DNA of 64,000 nucleotides. It comes from Microbacterium sp. Lineage in GTDB: Bacteria > Actinomycetota > Actinomycetes > Actinomycetales > Microbacteriaceae. The position numbers and the translations under genes are program-made. The stretch's first letter is position 1, and each line of letters starts with the position of its first letter. This document shows positions 57,508-64,000 of this stretch, one piece after another. The notes beneath the pieces are model-generated. The model had not been told where the DNA came from and did not search any database. It saw only the letters and a program-made list of their open reading frames with translations. Location of the stretch: the NCBI RefSeq assembly GCF_017305435.1, contig NZ_JAFKIP010000008.1, forward strand, positions 187,216 through 251,215. Direction: 5' to 3'.

Positions 57508-57569
57508 GTTGATCGAGTACCCGCGCGAAGCGCGGGTGTATCGAGATCCGCGCTCGTATCGGGATCATT
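57508..57569 (+). repeat. REP/MITE-like element, copy c
   Basis: GTTGATCGAGTACCCGCGC-GAA-GCGCGGGTGTATCGAGATC, then CGCGCTCGTATCGGGATCATT. It has an 8-bp perfect hairpin and both right-box variants. It begins 10 nt after the manC stop. Confidence 0.6.
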
Positions 57570-57687
57570 GCGTCTTTGTAACCATTCGCATCCACACGGG
57601 CGCTCGGCGTGCAAACCGGTCGTCACACTGGGTAACTTCGATCCGTGCGCCCGCGAGATCCGCGGGTCTATCAATGTGGAGGCTGCA

Positions 57688-58791
57688 TTGACCATCTCGA
57701 CCCCTAAGAAGCTCGCGGGCATCACTGCCGCCGCCGGGCTCATCATCGCCCTCGCCGGCTGCGGCTCGGCGCCCGACGCATCGAACACGGGCACCGCCGG
57801 TGCCGGTGGCGCCGTCGACGGCTTCAAGCCGTGCATGGTCTCGGACGCGGGCGGCTTCGACGACAAGTCGTTCAACCAGCTCGGCTACGAGGGCCTGGAG
57901 AAGGCCGCCGGCGAGCTCGGCGTCGACTTCAAGGCCGTCGAGTCCAGCTCCGAGTCGGACTACGCGCCGAACCTGCAGAGCCTCGTCGACGACGGCTGCA
58001 AGCTGATCATCACGGTCGGCTTCGCGCTCGCCGCCGCTGCGGGCGAGTCGGCTGCCGCGAACCCCGAGATCGAGTACGTCTCGATCGACGACATGGTCGA
58101 CAACGACTTCGACGGCAAGACCGACCAGCCGAACATCAAGCCCATCATCTTCGACACCGCGCAGGCGGCGTTCATGGCGGGCTACGCCTCGGCGTCGTAC
58201 TCCACCGCGAAGAAGGTCGGCACCTTCGGCGGCATGAACTTCCCGACGGTCTCGATCTTCATGGACGGCTTCAAGCAGGGCGTGGAGTACTGGAACAAGG
58301 AGAAGAGCGACAACGTCCAGGTCATCGGCTGGGACGGCACCGACGGTGTCTTCACCGGTGGTTTCGAGGCCAACCAGGACGCGATCAACGCCGCGCAGGG
58401 CATCGTCGACCAGGGTGTCGACGTGCTGCTGCCCGTCGGTGGCCCGATCTACCAGTCGGCCGCCTCGGTCATCCGCTCCTCGGGCCGTGAGATCGCGCTC
58501 ATCGGCGTCGACGCCGACGTGTTCGAGACCGACCCGTCGGTCGGCGACCTGCTCCTCACCTCGATCCGCAAGCTCATCGACGTGGGCGTCGAGGACGCCG
58601 TGATGGCCGCCGGTCAGGGCAACTTCGACCCGACCCCGTTCATCGGCACGCTCGAGAACGAGGGCGTGGGCCTGGCCCCGTTCCACGACTTCGCGTCGAA
58701 GGTCTCGCCCGACCTGCAGGGTGAGCTGGACAAGATCAAGGCCGGCATCATCGACGGCTCGATCACCGTCAAGTCGTACCTCGCGGGCTGA
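57688..58791 (+). CDS. BMP-family (PnrA-like) ABC substrate-binding lipoprotein, probable nucleoside binding
   Basis: ORF 57568..58791(+) trimmed to TTG 57688, 5 nt after GGAGG. This gives MTISTPKKLAGITAAAGLIIALAGC (lipobox). GTG 57676 is an alternative. BMP-like motifs DKSFNQ, GGMNFP. Confidence 0.85.
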   Translation: MTISTPKKLAGITAAAGLIIALAGCGSAPDASNTGTAGAGGAVDGFKPCMVSDAGGFDDKSFNQLGYEGLEKAAGELGVDFKAVESSSESDYAPNLQSLVDDGCKLIITVGFALAAAAGESAAANPEIEYVSIDDMVDNDFDGKTDQPNIKPIIFDTAQAAFMAGYASASYSTAKKVGTFGGMNFPTVSIFMDGFKQGVEYWNKEKSDNVQVIGWDGTDGVFTGGFEANQDAINAAQGIVDQGVDVLLPVGGPIYQSAASVIRSSGREIALIGVDADVFETDPSVGDLLLTSIRKLIDVGVEDAVMAAGQGNFDPTPFIGTLENEGVGLAPFHDFASKVSPDLQGELDKIKAGIIDGSITVKSYLAG

Positions 58792-58802
58792 TCCCGCACG
58801 CG

Positions 58803-58843
58803 GGCGGGGAGGCCGGTTCGCCGGCCTCCCCGCCTTCTTTTCG
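58803..58843 (+). terminator. Intrinsic terminator/attenuator between the BMP lipoprotein gene and the ABC ATPase gene
   Basis: GGCGGGGAGGCCGG-ttcg-CCGGCCTCCCCGCC (14-bp perfect stem) followed by TTCTTTTCG. Confidence 0.8.
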
Positions 58844-58908
58844 TCCCCTGCATCCGTGCGCCCGGTCCACCCTCAACCGGCGCTCGCCCGTTAACTAGGA
58901 TCGAACCC

Positions 58909-60425
58909 ATGAAGCTCGAACTCCGCGGCATCACGAAGCGGTTCGGCAGTCTCGTCGCCAACGATCACATCGACCTCGTCGTGGAGCCCGGTGAGATCCA
59001 CTGCCTGCTCGGTGAGAACGGCGCCGGCAAGTCGACCCTGATGAACGTCCTCTACGGGCTGTACACGGCCGACGAGGGCACGATCCTCCTCGACGATCAC
59101 GTCCAGGCCTTCCGCGGCCCCGGTGACGCCATGCGTGCCGGGATCGGCATGGTGCACCAGCACTTCATGCTCGTCCCCGTCTTCACCGTCGCCGAGAACG
59201 TCATGCTCGGTCACGAGCCGACGAAGACCGGCGGCATCCTCGATCTCGCCACCGCGCGCGAGCGGGTGCGCGAGATCTCCGCGCGATTCGGGTTCGACGT
59301 CGACCCGGATGCCGTGGTCGAGGACCTGCCCGTCGGCGTCCAGCAGCGCGTCGAGATCATCAAGGCCCTCTCGCGCGACGCGAAGGTGCTCGTCTTCGAC
59401 GAGCCGACCGCCGTCCTCACCCCGCAGGAGACCGACGAGCTCATGGCGATCATGCGCCAGCTCAAGGCATCCGGCACCTCCATCGTCTTCATCACGCACA
59501 AGCTGCGGGAGGTCCGCGAAGTGGCGGACCGCATCACCGTGATCCGGCTCGGCAAGGTCGTCGGCGAGGCCAGCCCGACCTCGTCGAACACCGAGCTCGC
59601 CTCCCTCATGGTGGGCCGAGCTGTCGAGCTCACCGTCCACAAGAACCCGCCCGTCCTCGGCGAGGAGGCACTCGTCGTCGAGCACCTCTCGGTGATCGAT
59701 CCGGGGGGTCAGATCGTCGTCAACGACGTCAGCTTCACGGTGCGCGGCGGTGAGGTGCTCGCGATCGCGGGCGTCCAGGGCAACGGCCAGACCGAGCTCA
59801 CTGAGGCGCTCATCGGCATGCAGCCGCTCGTGCGCGGCTCGATCACGCTCAGCGGTGAGCAGCTCGTCGGGCGCAGCATCCGCCGCGTCCTCGACGAGGG
59901 CGTCGGCTTCGTCCCCGAGGACCGCAACGTCGACGGCCTCGTCGGCGAGTTCACGATTGCCGAGAACCTCATGCTCGACCGGGCGAACGGGGCGCCCTTC
60001 GTCAAGCGCGGCACGGTCCAGCGACGCGTCCGCGACGAGTTCGCGCAGGCGAAGTTCACCGAGTTCGACGTGCGCGCCCCCTCCCTCGACACGCCCGTCG
60101 GACGTCTCTCCGGCGGCAACCAGCAGAAGGTCGTGCTCGCGCGCGAGCTCAGCCGCGACCTGTCGCTCTTCGTCGCGGCCCAGCCGACGCGCGGCGTCGA
60201 CGTGGGATCGATCGAGTTCATCCACAAGCGCATCGTGGAGACGCGGGACTCCGGCATCCCCGTGATCGTCGTCTCCACCGAACTCGACGAGGTGTCGGCT
60301 CTCGCCGACCGGATCATGGTGATGTACCGCGGCCGCATCATCGGCATCGTGCCCGGCGACACGCCGCGCGATGTCCTGGGCCTCATGATGGCGGGGGAGA
60401 ACCCCGACGGGGAAGGGGTGGCCGC

Positions 60426-60429
<4 letters not shown>
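58909..60429 (+). CDS. ABC ATP-binding protein with duplicated ATPase domains (nucleoside/sugar importer type)
   Basis: ORF 58909..60429(+), 506 aa. First domain GENGAGKST / Walker B VLVFDEPT. Second domain signature LSGGNQQKV. Confidence 0.92.
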
Positions 60430-61756
<1,327 letters not shown>

Positions 61757-61760
<4 letters not shown>

Positions 61761-63049
61761 CCATCACCGGAGACGCCGTCGTCACGACGCCGCCGAGCGC
61801 GCAGCTGCCCGAGACCACCGTCATCCGCAGCTGGAAGACGCCGATCGCCCTCGCGATCTTCTCCGTCCTGTTCGGCGTGCTGCTGCTCGCCGCTCCCCGC
61901 ACGGGGGAGACGACGTTCCACCTCTCCACGGCGGCCGACGTGCTGCAGCTGCCCGAGATCCTGGCGCCGGTCATGCCGACCGCGTGGGTCACGCTCGTCA
62001 TCGGCATCCTCCTGACCGCGGCGGCCGCGTACTTCGTGCGCGCGTTCGGGCGCGCACCGCTGTGGATCGTCGCGGCATACATCATCGTGGTCGTCGTCGG
62101 CTTCCTCACGTGGGCCGCCGCCGGCGGCACCGTGCCGATCGCGGGTCTGCTGGCGGGTTCGCTGGGACTCGCCGTGCCGCTCATCTACGGTGCGCTCGCG
62201 GGCGTCATCGGCGAACGTGCGGGCGTCGTGAACATCGCGATCGAGGGGCAGCTGCTCGCCGGCGCGTTCACGGCCGCTCTCGTGGCATCCCTCACGGGGC
62301 AGCCGATCCTGGGGCTTCTCGCGGCCGCGGTCGCCGGCATGCTCGTCGCTTTCGTCCTGGCCGCCTTCGCGATCAAGTACCTCGTCGACCAGGTCATCGT
62401 CGGTGTCGTGCTGAACGTGCTCGTCGCCGGTCTCACGAGCTTCCTGTTCTCACAGGTGCTGCAGCCGAACGCGGCGACCCTCAACACGCCGCCGCGCTTC
62501 GACCGCATCCCGATCCCGATCCTCAGCGAGATCCCCGTCCTCGGGCCCGTGCTGTTCCGGCAGACGATCATCGTCTACCTCATGTACATCGCCGTCGCGC
62601 TCGTCTGGGTCGGGATGTTCAAGACGCGCTGGGGCCTGCGCCTGCGCGCCGTCGGTGAGCACCCGCAGGCTGCCGACACGGTCGGGATCAAGGTCAACGC
62701 GACCCGGTTCTGGAACGTGATCCTCGCGGGCGCCATCGCGGGCATCGGCGGCACCGTGTTCACGATCGGAAACGGCATCGCGTTCAACAAGGAGATGACG
62801 GCGGGTGCCGGCTTCATCGCCCTCGCGGCGGTCATCTTCGGTCAGTGGGACCCGATCAAGGCGACGCTCGCGGCGCTCCTGTTCGGGTTCGCGTCGAGTC
62901 TGCAGAACACGCTCAGCGTCATCGGGTCTCCCGTGCCGAGCGAGTTCATGCTCATGCTGCCGTACCTCGTGACGATCTTCGTCGTCGCCGGGGTCGTCGG
63001 AAAGTCCCGTGCGCCCGCCGCTGACGGCGTCGCGTACGTGAAGGGGTGA
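61757..63049 (+). CDS. ABC permease (nucleoside importer, second)
   Basis: ORF 60503..63049(+) trimmed to ATG 61757 (ATGA overlap). Multi-TM with NIAIEGQLL motif. Confidence 0.88.
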
Positions 63050-63453
63050 GGTCTGTGACGGATATCGATTGGGACGAGCTGCGCTCGGTCGCCACCGAGG
63101 CGATGGCGCGTGCGTACGCGCCGTACTCGCGCTATAAGGTGGGGGCGGCCGCCCTCGTGAGCGACGGGCGGATCGTGTCGGGCTGCAACGTCGAGAACGC
63201 CTCCTACGGCGTCGGGCTCTGCGCCGAGTGCGCGCTCGTCGGCGATCTGCACATGTCGGGCGGCGGCCAGCTCGTCGCGTTCGTGTGCGTCAACGGCGAG
63301 GGCGAGACGATCATGCCGTGCGGGCGCTGCCGGCAGCTGCTCAACGAGTTCGCGCTCCCCGGCATGCTCCTCGAGACGGTGTCCGGCATCCGGACGATCG
63401 CCGAGGTGCTGCCGGATGCCTTCGGTCCGCGAGACCTGGAGGCGGCGCGATGA
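63046..63453 (+). CDS. cdd: Cytidine deaminase
   Basis: ORF 63046..63453(+), 135 aa. Zinc motifs CAECA and PCGRCRQ. An internal GTG at 63055 is an alternative start. Confidence 0.92.
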   Translation: MRSVTDIDWDELRSVATEAMARAYAPYSRYKVGAAALVSDGRIVSGCNVENASYGVGLCAECALVGDLHMSGGGQLVAFVCVNGEGETIMPCGRCRQLLNEFALPGMLLETVSGIRTIAEVLPDAFGPRDLEAAR

Positions 63454-64000
63454 CCGCGGCATCCGATTCGGCGGCGGAGGCTGCGCCGGAGCCGTTCGAC
63501 GCGGTCGACGTCATCCGCACCAAGCGCGATAAGGGCGCCGTCCCCGAGGACGCGCTGCGCTGGATGATCGATGCGTACACGCGCGAGTACGTCGCCGATT
63601 CGCAGATGGCGGCGTTCGCGATGGCGGTGCTCCTCAACGGCATGACCCGCGACGAGATCCGCGTCATGACCGACGCGATGATCGCCTCGGGCGAGCGGAT
63701 GAGCTTCGCGGGTCTCTGCAAGCGCACGGTCGACAAGCACTCCACCGGCGGAGTCGGCGACAAGATCACGCTGCCGCTGGCGCCTCTCGTCGCCTCCTTC
63801 GGCGTCGCCGTCCCGCAGCTCTCCGGCCGCGGACTCGGTCACACCGGCGGCACGCTCGACAAGCTGGAGTCGATCCCGGGCTGGCGTGCCGCCCTCTCGA
63901 ACGAGGAGATGACCGCGCAGCTGCGCGGCGTGGGCGCCGTCATCTGCGCGGCCGGCTCGGGCCTCGCACCGGCCGACAAGCGGCTCTATGCGCTGCGCGA
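63450..64000 (+). CDS. deoA: Thymidine (pyrimidine-nucleoside) phosphorylase, N-terminal fragment (runs off the right edge)
   Basis: Not in the ORF track (no stop in the window). My translation from ATG 63450 (ATGA overlap with cdd) gives MTAASDS...DVIRTKRDKG...DKHSTGGVGDK...SGRGLGHTGGTLDKLESIPGW, the hallmark motifs of the family. Confidence 0.9.
   Translation, partial: MTAASDSAAEAAPEPFDAVDVIRTKRDKGAVPEDALRWMIDAYTREYVADSQMAAFAMAVLLNGMTRDEIRVMTDAMIASGERMSFAGLCKRTVDKHSTGGVGDKITLPLAPLVASFGVAVPQLSGRGLGHTGGTLDKLESIPGWRAALSNEEMTAQLRGVGAVICAAGSGLAPADKRLYALR

Overview
High-GC (about 70%) actinobacterial chromosomal segment. Gene content and synteny resemble Microbacteriaceae, but that is inference only. 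I call 56 protein-coding genes (two run off the window edges), one FMN riboswitch, several GC-rich hairpin terminators and three families of non-coding repeats or dyads. There are no rRNA or tRNA genes, no CRISPR array, and no transposase, integrase or phage genes.

Layout:
- 1-27.6 kb is an accessory, paralog-rich catabolic and transport region. It holds two arylsulfatases, a NitT/TauT-type ABC importer, two TetR regulators, two YtcJ-type amidohydrolases and a copper amine oxidase. It also holds a six-gene esterase/oxidoreductase/MFS operon, a peptide-type ABC operon, an alpha/beta hydrolase and an O-methyltransferase.
- 27.6-42 kb holds a GH92 mannosidase, a RamB/PrpR-like regulator divergent from pckG, an ABC exporter, a PfkB kinase, an ABC-2 exporter and an MHS transporter.
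- 42-64 kb is core housekeeping: ribD-ribE-ribBA-ribH behind an FMN riboswitch, an Fpg/Nei glycosylase, a GNAT, trpS, xthA, yihY, sdhCDAB and manC. It ends with a BMP-lipoprotein nucleoside ABC importer followed by cdd and deoA.

Many operon genes overlap by ATGA, GTGA or TGATG, which suggests translational coupling.

Most notable non-genic signals:
1. A recurrent dyad, T-tract/TCnAC-N4-GTnGA/A-tract, occurs at seven promoter-proximal sites in the accessory region. It is a candidate regulon of the two paralogous TetR repressors.
2. A REP/MITE-like element of about 45 bp occurs at four loci in the same orientation. Two copies are tandemly expanded, and one supplies the C-terminal tail of RibD.
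3. A DUF559 endonuclease-fold gene is bracketed by two 100-bp hairpin modules that share perfect 17-bp arms.
4. An 18-bp perfect palindrome lies between sdhC and manC.

Coordinate caveat: CDS coordinates follow ORF-track phase arithmetic. Near 27.53 kb and 53.28 kb my hand count of the printed sequence differed by 1 nt from the ORF track. Treat non-CDS coordinates as +/-2 nt.
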